Origin: an uncultured Fibrobacterota bacterium
GTDB taxonomy: Bacteria; Fibrobacterota; Chitinivibrionia; Chitinivibrionales; JANQEN01
DNA length: 64,000 bases
Assembly: GCA_964543525.1 (NCBI GenBank)
Contig: CAZIYW010000001.1
Span: forward strand, 19,734-83,733
Direction of reading: 5' to 3'
Shown here piece after piece: positions 29,751 to 39,862 of the stretch; position 1 is the stretch's first letter, and the number at the start of each line of letters is the position of its first letter. A program made the position numbers and the translations under genes. The notes beneath the pieces were generated by a model. The model worked only from the letters and a program-made list of their open reading frames with translations, had not been told where the DNA came from and did no database searches.

Positions 29751-31235
29751 ATGATAATAGAATCCAATAAAAAGATTGTTAATCGCCAAATAATAGAGAA
29801 TTACCTGCCATCATTCTCATTAAATGGTAGAAAACGTATTGTTTTAATTGAGACACCTTCCTCAATTCGTCCAATTGCTCGAAATATTTTTTATAGGCCA
29901 AATGCATCTAAATACAGAATAGGCCACGATATTGTGCCTAATATAACTAGCCCTCCTTATGATGTAGCGCTTCTTGCTACTTATCTATTGTCTATGGAAT
30001 ATGACGCGGTAGTATTAGATGCAAATGCAATTCCTTTTTCTCTAGAGGAAATTACTTCGTGGATTTTAAAGACACGACCAGATTTTGTAATAATTCATGC
30101 ATCAGATAATACGTTTTTAGAGGATCTTGCTTTAACAGCTTTTATTGAAGGTATTGGGATTCCTTGTATTTATTGGGATGAGATTTTGGCACCATATAGA
30201 ATTCCCTTTATTAGAGATAATTTTCGTTTTGTCAAAAGGATATTAGGTGAAGAACCGGAACTTAATATTACAAAATTGCTCCAATCTGAAAATAATCATG
30301 GATTAATCTGTCTTAATGGCGGCTCTGGAATTGATTTAAATTCTCTCCCAACAATCAATTTTAATCTTTTACCTATGGGCCGATACACAAAGTGGGGTAA
30401 AAGATTCTGGCAAACATTTCTGATGCGTGGATGTGCGTGGGGAAAATGCACATATTGTCTTCAAGCGCGTGAAAGTCGGCAAAAAAATTACAGGGTAAGA
30501 AATATTGAACACCTTGGTAAGGAATTGAATCTAGCTATTAATAATTATGGGGTTGAACACGTTTCTTTTCTTTCTTATGAAATAAATCCTAGCTTGCATT
30601 ACTTCGAACAATTGATTGCTCTAATGTCCTCATATAAAGCAGTAACATGGGAGGGATTTATTAGGGCCGATCATTTCAATCCTCAAATGATATCTAAGGC
30701 AAGAAAGTCAGGTTGTGTTGAATTGTATATAGGAGTAGAAAATGTTAATTCATCAATAATAAAAGGAACAAAAAAAGATATTGTATTGAATAATGTAAAA
30801 AAACTGTTCCATCTCTGCAACAGAGCTGGTATAAGAGCCACTGCCATGGTGGTAATTGGTACACCTGAGGAAACCGAAGATACAATAAAAGAGACTATTA
30901 AATTTCTTAAAACGGTTAATCCGTGGGCTGTGGTACCTGCATATTTAAGAGTTTTTCCTGGTACACCTATTGAGAAAATAATAAACAAAGATAAAATCGA
31001 ATATGATTATCTCCAAGAACTAATTGAAACCAAAGGGCGTGAAACCGGAGTTGAGCCTGGATTTATAAATAATAATATTCCACGAGAAAAATTACAGCAT
31101 CTCTATTTCCAGTTAAAAGGTATTGGGAAAAATAAATTACAATGGTATTTAGCCTATATTAACGGATTTTTTCGACAAAAGCGCCTCATTGAAGAAGTAC
31201 TAGTAAGACTATTAAAACTCACAGGTAAAGTATAG
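29751..31235 (+). CDS. B12-binding-domain radical SAM protein
   Basis: An N-terminal Rossmann-like B12-binding-type segment (PPYDVALLATYLLSMEYDAVVLDAN ... RPDFVIIHAS) is followed by the Cys triad RGCAWGKCTYC (30432-30458). Confidence 0.7.
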   Translation: MIIESNKKIVNRQIIENYLPSFSLNGRKRIVLIETPSSIRPIARNIFYRPNASKYRIGHDIVPNITSPPYDVALLATYLLSMEYDAVVLDANAIPFSLEEITSWILKTRPDFVIIHASDNTFLEDLALTAFIEGIGIPCIYWDEILAPYRIPFIRDNFRFVKRILGEEPELNITKLLQSENNHGLICLNGGSGIDLNSLPTINFNLLPMGRYTKWGKRFWQTFLMRGCAWGKCTYCLQARESRQKNYRVRNIEHLGKELNLAINNYGVEHVSFLSYEINPSLHYFEQLIALMSSYKAVTWEGFIRADHFNPQMISKARKSGCVELYIGVENVNSSIIKGTKKDIVLNNVKKLFHLCNRAGIRATAMVVIGTPEETEDTIKETIKFLKTVNPWAVVPAYLRVFPGTPIEKIINKDKIEYDYLQELIETKGRETGVEPGFINNNIPREKLQHLYFQLKGIGKNKLQWYLAYINGFFRQKRLIEEVLVRLLKLTGKV

Positions 31236-31240
31236 GAAAA

Positions 31241-32398
31241 ATGAATAAGAGACTTAATATACTTTTATGTCAGATAGTTGATGCCGATCCGGAAAAAGGT
31301 ATAGCACAGATACCTTACGCAGAATTATTGTGTAATGCATTATCAGAGGCTGGAAACAATGTACAGCTACTAATCCGAAAAGGAACCAAAAAAAGATTTA
31401 CTTTAATCAACAATAACACAGAAATTATTGAAGCCGATATTCCAAATTTCCGCTTCTTTAATATTGGAATAATCATAAAATATTTTCAATTGTTGTTTTT
31501 TATCAAGCAGATACTAAATGAAAAAAAAATCGATATATTTCATTTAGTGAATTCTCATCCAAGTTTTCTATTTTGGGGATGTGCAGTTCCTTCATCAAAG
31601 TTTGCCATGACAATGCATAATGCTAAATTCAGATTTGGAGAAGGAGTATCAATAGCCAATTGCATTATTGAACATTATCAAGCTTTTAAAGCCGCACGGA
31701 TTTTTACAGGTGGTATACAGGAAAAAGAAACAGCGCATAACAGGTTTAAAATAACAGTACCGAATATCTCAAAAAAGCTTGTGGTAAGCCATATGGGTGC
31801 TTTCGATTATTTTTCAAATGATAATAGCAATGTTACCCTTGAAAAAAACACTTCCCCGCCTACAGCCGCTTTTTTTGGAAGAATTGTCCCATATAAGGGA
31901 CTCAAATACTTAAAAGAAGCATGGAAAATGGTTAAGCATAAAATCCCCAATGCAAAATTGATCATAATTGGTCCGGGTAATGATGGTGGACTACAGTTGG
32001 AAAGGATGGATGGAATTGAATTTCATAACAGGTATGTACCAGATGATGAAGCCGCTCGATTACTAAGTCAAGTTGATGTTTTCGTCTTACCGTATGTTCA
32101 GGGATCACAAACCACAGTAATTAGTATCGCTCATTCATTGAGCAAACCAGTAATTTGTTCTGATGTAGGTTCATTCGCAGAATTACTTGGAAATGGAGGT
32201 ACTCTCGTTCCTCCATGTGACGCCAAAGCACTATATAATGCTTTAGTTGCTTATTTACAGGACAGAAAACTTGCAGAACGTATCGGCAAGAAAGGGAAAG
32301 AATATACGGAAAAGAATTTTTCCTGGAATCGCATTGCTCAAATTCATAATAATGTATACAATGAAATAGTAAGTATCAACAACAAATCCTTCAAATAA
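31241..32398 (+). CDS. glycosyltransferase family 4 (GT-B fold)
   Basis: 385 aa with a GT-B C-terminal half (FFGRIVPYKGL ... LPYVQGSQTTVISIAHSLSKPVICSDVG). Confidence 0.7.
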   Translation: MNKRLNILLCQIVDADPEKGIAQIPYAELLCNALSEAGNNVQLLIRKGTKKRFTLINNNTEIIEADIPNFRFFNIGIIIKYFQLLFFIKQILNEKKIDIFHLVNSHPSFLFWGCAVPSSKFAMTMHNAKFRFGEGVSIANCIIEHYQAFKAARIFTGGIQEKETAHNRFKITVPNISKKLVVSHMGAFDYFSNDNSNVTLEKNTSPPTAAFFGRIVPYKGLKYLKEAWKMVKHKIPNAKLIIIGPGNDGGLQLERMDGIEFHNRYVPDDEAARLLSQVDVFVLPYVQGSQTTVISIAHSLSKPVICSDVGSFAELLGNGGTLVPPCDAKALYNALVAYLQDRKLAERIGKKGKEYTEKNFSWNRIAQIHNNVYNEIVSINNKSFK

Positions 32399-32440
32399 GG
32401 AAATTTTAATAACTATACCAAAACCAAGGCAGATATTAAA

Positions 32441-33505
32441 ATGTATTCGATAAAAATTTTTTCCAGATTAAAAAGAGCTTTTCTTTTTCACTCTTTTCCT
32501 GAAGCACTTAGGCCATACAGAGCTTCTTTATTACTTACAAAAAAATGTAACCTTAAATGTTTGATGTGCAGTTTTGCCGATCCTGATTATTATAAAAACA
32601 GAAACGATCTATCAACCGATGAATGGATTACAATAATTGATCAGCTCTACGCATTTGGAATAAAAGATTTAAACTTCCAAGGCGGTGAGTGTTTATTACG
32701 GACGGATATTGATGAATTAATTTCGTACGCAAAAAATAATTTGCATGCTTTTACTACACTAACAACTAACGGCATATTATTAAAAAAGAAAAAAAAGGTA
32801 CTGGAGAACATAGATCGTCTTATTGTCTCAATTGATTCATTATTACCAGAAACACATGATATGATAAGAGGCAGGACCGGTCTTTTGGATATGGTTTTAG
32901 AAAATATTTCTGAAATTAAAGATATCCCCGGCAGAATTAATATAGCATCAATTATACATAAATTAAATCTTGATAATCTGGATTTATTAATGGACTATGC
33001 TGTAAAAAACGGTTTCGAAATCAGTTTTACTCCCATTGCGGAAGATACAGTAGAAAACTCTGCCCGTTATGTAGAAAATCTAAACCCATATTCAGACGGT
33101 TCAAATACTATCCAGGAAATAAAATTGAAGAGACTATTAAGGAGGCGTTATTCGCCAACCAATTTTAAAAGGGTTCAGTTTATTCTAGATCGTGGAAACA
33201 AAATTAAGAATCAACAATTAACTAACATTACAGTAAGACCTTGTAATGCAATGAATAATTTCTTACTAGTTATGTTCGACGGGCTTGTTTATCCTTGTTG
33301 TGGCAATATGCCGCAGACAGGCGATTTAAAAAAGGACAACATTAATACCCTTTGGAACTCTGATTCTTACAGAAAATTACGGAGAGCATCAAGAAAAGGA
33401 GATCATCCCATCTGTCGAAAATGCATGCACATTGAAACAGAATACCTATTTCCGGAAATATTTGAAGAGTTAATTGCCCGGCTTACGGGATGCAAAGGTA
33501 TCTAA
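32441..33505 (+). CDS. radical SAM protein with SPASM/twitch-like C-terminal Cys cluster
   Basis: CX3CX2C motif KKCNLKCLMC plus GGECLL. C-terminal cysteines are RPCNA ... YPCCGN ... ICRKCMH. Confidence 0.8.
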   Translation: MYSIKIFSRLKRAFLFHSFPEALRPYRASLLLTKKCNLKCLMCSFADPDYYKNRNDLSTDEWITIIDQLYAFGIKDLNFQGGECLLRTDIDELISYAKNNLHAFTTLTTNGILLKKKKKVLENIDRLIVSIDSLLPETHDMIRGRTGLLDMVLENISEIKDIPGRINIASIIHKLNLDNLDLLMDYAVKNGFEISFTPIAEDTVENSARYVENLNPYSDGSNTIQEIKLKRLLRRRYSPTNFKRVQFILDRGNKIKNQQLTNITVRPCNAMNNFLLVMFDGLVYPCCGNMPQTGDLKKDNINTLWNSDSYRKLRRASRKGDHPICRKCMHIETEYLFPEIFEELIARLTGCKGI

Positions 33506-33516
33506 TGCTGGTTTTA

Positions 33517-34986
33517 TTATTTCTTTAAGAAAAACCCTTTTAAATAATCTATTTCCTGTTTTCGTATACCTCCTGTTATCAAATAAAACGTCAATAATAA
33601 TAACACTCCTAAAATACCGAGGATATAATGATTTATCTTATCAGTTCCATAAATAACGAGTGAATAAACACCAATAATCAATATTATATTTTTTAAATAT
33701 TTCCTCCAATTGAAAGATACTTTTAAATTTTTCCACCTGAAATATGCCGACATTATAAATATTATACTATACGAAACCAATGTTGCCGATGCTGCACCTG
33801 AAAGACTAAATACTGGTATTAAGATATAATTTAAAATAACGTTTGAAGCTAAATATGCAATTACAAGATAGAAATTAATATACGACTTACCAACGCATAA
33901 ACTCTCGCTCCCATTTAATCCACTGATAGAACCGGCAACAATCATAAATACGACAAATATTTTCAAAGGAATGATTCCATTTATAAATTCTTCACGTCCG
34001 GGATATAATAGTTGTGGAATCTCCCAGGCAAGTGAAAAAATCAAAACTCCAATAAGCGAATATAGTATTTGACTGTAATTAATTGAGATATCAATAAATT
34101 CCTGTAGTCGATTATCTTTTGAATAAAACAATTTTGTAACAAATGGTATATTCACTTTCTGCATCGCAGCTGTCAGCATTGAAGTACCTTCGTGAATAAA
34201 AAGCACAAATGAATATACACCAATGGCAGCCGTATCAATAAAAAAACCTATCATAATTATATCAATGCGGGTACCTATCCGAGACATAACAGAAGAAAAT
34301 GAAATTGGGAAACCTAAAATGAATAAACTTTTTGAATACTTAGCAAACTCTTTCCAATTATCCAATAAAATCAAACTCGGCTTGGTCTTAATGATTCCAA
34401 TGACTAAAAAAATGAACTCACTTAATAGTAAAGAACAAGGAACAACAGCCACATTGTACTTGTATAACAATAAAAAAAGAGTTAAACAAATAAATAAGAT
34501 ACTTCTTCCTGTTTCGATAAGTGACCGCGCCCGTAAATCTTGATTTCCATTTAAATAACCCAAAACAGGTTTATTAAGAATTGCAATACTACAAGCTAGG
34601 CTGAAATAACGAAGAAGATATTTATAGTTTATATTTCTGAAATATTTTATCGCTATTGTTTCTGAAAGTAAATATAAAATGATAAACGAAATAATACTAA
34701 AAACTAATGCCATAGTTATGGCCGTATTGAATATCATCCTCCTTCTTGTCCTGCTATCGTAGTACTCCGCGACTAATTTCGTAACTGCTGGATCCAAGCC
34801 AAATGAAAATAGCGTAAGTGGCAAATTATGATATAATAAATATGAAAGCATAATTATTCCAAGATCTGAAACACCGGAAATATTTCCGACAAGTAGATTT
34901 AAAATAAACGCAGATAATCCAAGAGAGAAGATTCCAATAGAAGACCAGATTATATCTTTTACATATTTTTTTTTAAGTTCAGCCAT
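33517..34986 (-). CDS. oligosaccharide flippase (Wzx / MOP superfamily)
   Basis: 489 aa, roughly 12-14 hydrophobic helices, with an N-terminus typical of polysaccharide-biosynthesis (Wzx) proteins. It is convergent with the plus-strand operon across an 11-bp gap. Confidence 0.7.
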   Translation of the reverse strand: MAELKKKYVKDIIWSSIGIFSLGLSAFILNLLVGNISGVSDLGIIMLSYLLYHNLPLTLFSFGLDPAVTKLVAEYYDSRTRRRMIFNTAITMALVFSIISFIILYLLSETIAIKYFRNINYKYLLRYFSLACSIAILNKPVLGYLNGNQDLRARSLIETGRSILFICLTLFLLLYKYNVAVVPCSLLLSEFIFLVIGIIKTKPSLILLDNWKEFAKYSKSLFILGFPISFSSVMSRIGTRIDIIMIGFFIDTAAIGVYSFVLFIHEGTSMLTAAMQKVNIPFVTKLFYSKDNRLQEFIDISINYSQILYSLIGVLIFSLAWEIPQLLYPGREEFINGIIPLKIFVVFMIVAGSISGLNGSESLCVGKSYINFYLVIAYLASNVILNYILIPVFSLSGAASATLVSYSIIFIMSAYFRWKNLKVSFNWRKYLKNIILIIGVYSLVIYGTDKINHYILGILGVLLLLTFYLITGGIRKQEIDYLKGFFLKK

Positions 34987-35029
34987 TTGTTATTCTATTT
35001 TAAAAGAGTTGTAACAATCCTCATAATAC

Positions 35030-36091
35030 TCATGTCAAAGTGCGATACCCACACCAATTACTACAAAACACCGGATACTTCTGCTCCAACATCATTTTAC
35101 GCCACTTCTTTACTTTCGGTCCATTCCATGCCCTTTTAAAACCCATCTCAAATACATTATCCAGGTTTTGATTTCGATAGGTACAGCACGGATTAATAAA
35201 TCCCTTATTATTAACAGCTATAAGAGTGGTCATAAGTGCATTGCATATTCCTTTGACTTTTTTTTCAAAGAAACCATCAGGATAATACCCAATGTATTCA
35301 AGGTTTGTCCTCAGTCCAAACTTTCGACACTTTTGAATAATAATTTCTTTAAACCTCTCAAACTGCTCCTGCAATGGTTTAATCGGAATTCCTGCTTCTT
35401 CATTTAATTCAAAGCCTCTTACCAGTTGAAAATAGAGCTGGGTGCAGGTTTTAAATCGCTGAGAATATTCCGGTAATTGCTCTAACGAATCTATTGTTGA
35501 ACTGCTGATAACCGACCATATGTTGACCGGGATGCCGGTGATCTCACAGAACTGAATGACATTCTCTTCGATTCTGATTAAATCTGTTTTACGTATTTTA
35601 TTGAAAATGTCAGAATCCGGACTGTCTATTGAAACGTTAAGCTGTGTTAATCCTGCATCCTTTATCTTACGGGCGATTTCTTTTGTAAGAAGCACTCCAT
35701 TGGTAGTTATTCTTACCTGAGGAATATATTTTTTCGCTTCTCTTATTACTTCGAACAGATGCGGATACAATAATGGCTCCCCAATATTATAAAGTAACAA
35801 AACCTGTGCACCCTTCAACCCGGGAAGAATTTTTAACGCAGATTCCAGCGGCATATCATCTTTATTGGCTGCTCTGAAATCCGGATCACATTGTTGACAC
35901 CAGGGGCATCGCAGATTGCACCGTGCGGTCAGCTCTATCAAAATGTGACTGGGGAAATTGTAACAATATGTTGATGCATATTTACCGAGCAGTTTTATTT
36001 CCAGCATTTTTATGAGCGTCAGGAAATTCCTATCCGCCAGTCGCAACTGGAGGCCTGATACTTTTGTAAATATTGAATGAAAAATATTCAT
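35030..36091 (-). CDS. radical SAM protein with SPASM/twitch-like C-terminal Cys cluster
   Basis: CX3CX2C motif ARCNLRCPWC plus IGEPLL. C-terminal cysteines are GICNA ... NPCCTY ... FCSNWCGY. Confidence 0.8.
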   Translation of the reverse strand: MNIFHSIFTKVSGLQLRLADRNFLTLIKMLEIKLLGKYASTYCYNFPSHILIELTARCNLRCPWCQQCDPDFRAANKDDMPLESALKILPGLKGAQVLLLYNIGEPLLYPHLFEVIREAKKYIPQVRITTNGVLLTKEIARKIKDAGLTQLNVSIDSPDSDIFNKIRKTDLIRIEENVIQFCEITGIPVNIWSVISSSTIDSLEQLPEYSQRFKTCTQLYFQLVRGFELNEEAGIPIKPLQEQFERFKEIIIQKCRKFGLRTNLEYIGYYPDGFFEKKVKGICNALMTTLIAVNNKGFINPCCTYRNQNLDNVFEMGFKRAWNGPKVKKWRKMMLEQKYPVFCSNWCGYRTLT

Positions 36092-36774
36092 GTTTTTTTC
36101 TGTCCTAGCAATTTAAATCCAGCCTCGAATCTATAGGTATCTTCATACAGATACTCGAGCGCCCTTTGATATTTCGATTTATCTCTTCTTCGGTAATAGA
36201 GAGAAATTGTTTTTATACCAACTCGTCTGAGCCTTAAAATTCCCCGTACAATCAAACCGAATAACCTTGCTAATCCCGGAATAGGAATTAGGTGCCGTAA
36301 GCATGCTTCAGAACAGGAAAAACCGAGCGGTGCAATTTTTAATACAGTAAAACCGCTCTTCTCAAGGAGATTATGCGCCCCTAAATGGCTGAAATGATAG
36401 TATGAATGAGCGTGATACGGTTCTAAAAATGAAAGAGAACAAGCAAGGATACCGCCCGGTTTTAATACCCGATATATCTCACTGCATCCCTGCCACGGAT
36501 CCTGTAAATGCTCAAATACCGACATTGATGTAGCCAGCTCAAAACAGTCATCTTTGAAAGGTAGCAGGCAACCATCCCCGATTATTGCTGTAGAATCTCC
36601 ACGAATAATATCATAACCGGTAACAGTATATCCTATATTTTTTAAAAAGGTACCGGAATACGAGCCGCATCCTATATCAAGAGCTTTTGCTCCCTCATTC
36701 TGTGCCCTGGGAATTATATCTTTATAGTTGAAATATTCCCATGTAGATTTATCAGGACTGCATATTCTGGACAT
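36088..36774 (-). CDS. class I SAM-dependent methyltransferase
   Basis: Motif I is ALDIGCGSYSG, with a post-I acidic residue and the VLKPGG motif. There is a 4-nt overlap with the downstream radical SAM gene. Confidence 0.8.
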   Translation of the reverse strand: MSRICSPDKSTWEYFNYKDIIPRAQNEGAKALDIGCGSYSGTFLKNIGYTVTGYDIIRGDSTAIIGDGCLLPFKDDCFELATSMSVFEHLQDPWQGCSEIYRVLKPGGILACSLSFLEPYHAHSYYHFSHLGAHNLLEKSGFTVLKIAPLGFSCSEACLRHLIPIPGLARLFGLIVRGILRLRRVGIKTISLYYRRRDKSKYQRALEYLYEDTYRFEAGFKLLGQKKT

Positions 36775-36860
36775 TTCTTAAAAATCCTAACGTATGATTA
36801 TAAACACCTTAAGTACCAACTTATTCTACAATTACAAAAAATATTACACATATTATTATA

Positions 36861-38801
36861 TCATTCCGGTAAATTACCATTTCTTATGAATACCTCTTCC
36901 CAAACATGATACCCGACAATCTTCCACAATAAAAAATAGTGCCACCGTAAACTGCTTTTCGGTTTTGAATCTATAATCTTTTTTATATACGGATAATTAA
37001 ACACCCCGCTCTCTTCGACTCTCTCCCTGGACAGATAGTTCGATGCAAAGCTGCCCAGGTCTTTTTTAAACTGATATACCGGATTAAAAGTGAAACCGTG
37101 TTTCTTCTTGCTCATAATTTGCGTCGGCAGCATATCCCGTATCATGGAGCGCAGTACTTTTTTACGGTTACCGGATCGAATTTTATAGGGTAACGGCAGC
37201 GAATGGACAAATTCAACAACCTGTTTATCGAGAAACGGCACGCGCACTTCAAGGCCGTGTGCCATGGACATCCTGTCTTCATTGGAAAGGAAATCATCCA
37301 CCATTTTATTTGCCAGCTCGAATTGCATAACCGATTCGGTAAAGGAATTACTGTCGGGAAAGACTGTGAGAAAGTTGTTTCGGACCATATTGGCCGTGCG
37401 GCCGATTAAATCCTTTTTGTAAATGCTGTTTCGCAAGTGTCTGTCATGATCCCAGCAGTTTCGCAACAGAAGATACATATCAAGAGGGTGGGACAGTCGT
37501 TTGATAATATCCGCGCCTCGGCGAAGGTTGTCGAAATTCATTGACGGAAACAGCGACAGCAGGAATCGCAATGCAGCACCGGAAAGAGAAAATAGCCGCC
37601 GCGCACCCGGCTTTCGTAAAAGATCAAGATACAGCGCCAATGCATAAATATCATACCCGCCGAACAGCTCATCTCCCCCCAACCCGGAGAGCATGACTTT
37701 CTGGTACTTACTGGCTTCACGGGCAATAAGGTATCCCTGAAGGCAGTTTACTTTCGGCTCTTCCATGTAATATATCGTTTTACGGAAATGGTTCAGCGGG
37801 TTTTCTTCAATATACAGGTCACAGTGGTTGGTATTAAATTTCTCAGCCACCATCCACGCGTCCTTGTTTTCATCAGTTGGTTCATTAAAACCAAGGCATA
37901 GGGAATTAAGTTTATTTCCATGATAACCCGAGGCAAGCGCAACGAGTGTTGACGAATCAATACCACCTGAAAGATAGATACCGACATCAACATCGGCGAT
38001 AAGCTGACTTTGCACCGATTGAGTAAGCAGCTTTTGAAGATGTTTTTCCGCTTCTGCATAGCTGATATTGCTTTTACCCTGCGGTAGAGAGTAATATTGA
38101 TATATACCGCCATACCACTCACCTGCTCGAATTGTTTCTATACGGGTGTGGCCAGTATCAGTTTTGCCGGGCATCTTATTTTTAAAGAGACAGATATAGC
38201 ACCCCGGCGGAACCTTTTTCACTTCTTTGAAAAGAGTATTGGGTGACGGCGGGAAACGAATATTCATAAAGGCATGCCAGGCATTCATATCCGGTTCAGG
38301 TTTCCATTCCGGGATTGCATAGAAAGCTTTTACTTCAGATGAGAAATAGAGCGCATTCTTAACCGTAGTATATACCAACGGTTTAATACCGAACTGATCG
38401 CGGGCAATAATAACCATCTCATTCCCGACATCATAGAGACAAAAGGAAAACATGCCGTTTAAATATGACAATGCTTTCAGACCATACTTTCTGTACAAAG
38501 CCAGTATCACCTCAGTATCTGATGTTGTTTTAAACGGGTATCCCTCATTACGCAATTGGTCACGCATTTCCTTATAGCCGTAAATCTCCCCGTTATAAAC
38601 TAACCACTGCAGTTCTTCAGTGCTGCTCATGGGCTGGTGACCTCCGGCGAGATCAATGATACCGAGCCGTACATTCCCAATACTGACATCTTCGAATATT
38701 TTAAATCCGTCATCATCAGGACCGCGATGCTTGATTCGTTTGAGCATGCCGGTAATCACCCGCTCTCTGGTATCATTCACTGTACCGATAATGCCGCACA
38801 T
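36861..38801 (-). CDS. asparagine synthase (glutamine-hydrolysing) family amidotransferase
   Basis: MCGIIGT N-terminus (Cys2 nucleophile) and PP-loop LSGGIDSS. 646 aa. Confidence 0.9.
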   Translation of the reverse strand: MCGIIGTVNDTRERVITGMLKRIKHRGPDDDGFKIFEDVSIGNVRLGIIDLAGGHQPMSSTEELQWLVYNGEIYGYKEMRDQLRNEGYPFKTTSDTEVILALYRKYGLKALSYLNGMFSFCLYDVGNEMVIIARDQFGIKPLVYTTVKNALYFSSEVKAFYAIPEWKPEPDMNAWHAFMNIRFPPSPNTLFKEVKKVPPGCYICLFKNKMPGKTDTGHTRIETIRAGEWYGGIYQYYSLPQGKSNISYAEAEKHLQKLLTQSVQSQLIADVDVGIYLSGGIDSSTLVALASGYHGNKLNSLCLGFNEPTDENKDAWMVAEKFNTNHCDLYIEENPLNHFRKTIYYMEEPKVNCLQGYLIAREASKYQKVMLSGLGGDELFGGYDIYALALYLDLLRKPGARRLFSLSGAALRFLLSLFPSMNFDNLRRGADIIKRLSHPLDMYLLLRNCWDHDRHLRNSIYKKDLIGRTANMVRNNFLTVFPDSNSFTESVMQFELANKMVDDFLSNEDRMSMAHGLEVRVPFLDKQVVEFVHSLPLPYKIRSGNRKKVLRSMIRDMLPTQIMSKKKHGFTFNPVYQFKKDLGSFASNYLSRERVEESGVFNYPYIKKIIDSKPKSSLRWHYFLLWKIVGYHVWEEVFIRNGNLPE

Positions 38802-39862
38802 TATCTGTCCTTTTTAAGAAAAGATGTTATCTCGGAATATATATAGTCAGTAACGTTAATTTTTTCTGTAAGGAGTTCTGCATGCCCCTTCTGAAATCTC
38901 TTTCGTGATCGTGGATTTTGGAATATGTCATCAATGATGCCCGGCGCTTTTCCAATCTCTTTACGGGAGAGATTATATACCAGATTATACCGTTTCTCTT
39001 GCTGAATGGTATAGCCGCGTAAGGTATCGGAAATATAAATAGCAGGCACTCCCAGTACTGCAGCTTCGGATGCCATGGTGGCACTTTCACCCACAACCAA
39101 TGATGCAAAGGCTATAAAGTGATGAATCTCGGTTATTGATACGGGTATCTGTTTCGGCTGTAATGATTCCGGCAGGGGTGCTTCAGAGGTTATATACACC
39201 GGGCCATACTTCTCAAGGGTAGAAATCAGATTTACTTTATCCTCCAGCGGAATTCCCTTTTCACCGATATCATGGCTCGCCTGCCAGCTGACAAATCGAA
39301 GGAGTGTATATGGACTTTCCGGATCTATGGTATACTTCGATACAATTGATTTATCCGGTGTAAAGACCTGCGGGTGCAGATAGGCAAGCTCATGGTACCC
39401 GGCATATCGAATCTGCCTTCTCCCGGTGCTTCCCTCATAACATTCAGGAGTATAAACCCGGTGTGCAAGCGGGTATGCGAACCAGTTGGTTATCCATGCG
39501 TTCTCCGTATCATAAAAGATCCACGCCGGTATTCTCAGTACAAATCCGGTAACAGCGATCGAAGGTCCCATAATCCCCATGAGTAATTGCGGCCGATTCC
39601 TTATACAGATAAACAGCAGCCGTATGGTACGGGTTATCATTTCAAGAATCAGACCGATTCCATTTTTCTGGCGGCTTATCATTATATGAGGAATAGCATA
39701 CTCCCGCAGCAGCTCAATACTCATCTCCTTCTCCCGGGCAGTGACAATTACCGTAAGATTGTCGGCTTTCAGTCTGGCGATAACATTCCTGAAAAAATGC
39801 ACATGCGCAGGATGCAGTATGTCAACGAGTACAACCATACATATTAATTTACCCCTGTTCAT
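38801..39862 (-). CDS. DUF354-like protein (GT-B/epimerase-like fold family common in glycan loci)
   Basis: VVLVDILHPAHVHFFRNVI resembles DUF354 N-termini. The alternative ATG at 39838 would remove the 14-nt overlap with the upstream gene. Confidence 0.55.
   Translation of the reverse strand: MNRGKLICMVVLVDILHPAHVHFFRNVIARLKADNLTVIVTAREKEMSIELLREYAIPHIMISRQKNGIGLILEMITRTIRLLFICIRNRPQLLMGIMGPSIAVTGFVLRIPAWIFYDTENAWITNWFAYPLAHRVYTPECYEGSTGRRQIRYAGYHELAYLHPQVFTPDKSIVSKYTIDPESPYTLLRFVSWQASHDIGEKGIPLEDKVNLISTLEKYGPVYITSEAPLPESLQPKQIPVSITEIHHFIAFASLVVGESATMASEAAVLGVPAIYISDTLRGYTIQQEKRYNLVYNLSRKEIGKAPGIIDDIFQNPRSRKRFQKGHAELLTEKINVTDYIYSEITSFLKKDR

Noticed and set aside
32399-36860. Search for a RiPP-type precursor peptide next to the two SPASM/twitch radical SAM genes (including track ORF 33474..33656)
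   Set aside because: The gaps here are 11-86 bp, and I saw no short ORF with an RBS. ORF 33474..33656 lies antisense within the flippase gene. The context (GT4, Wzx, AsnB) favours sugar substrates.
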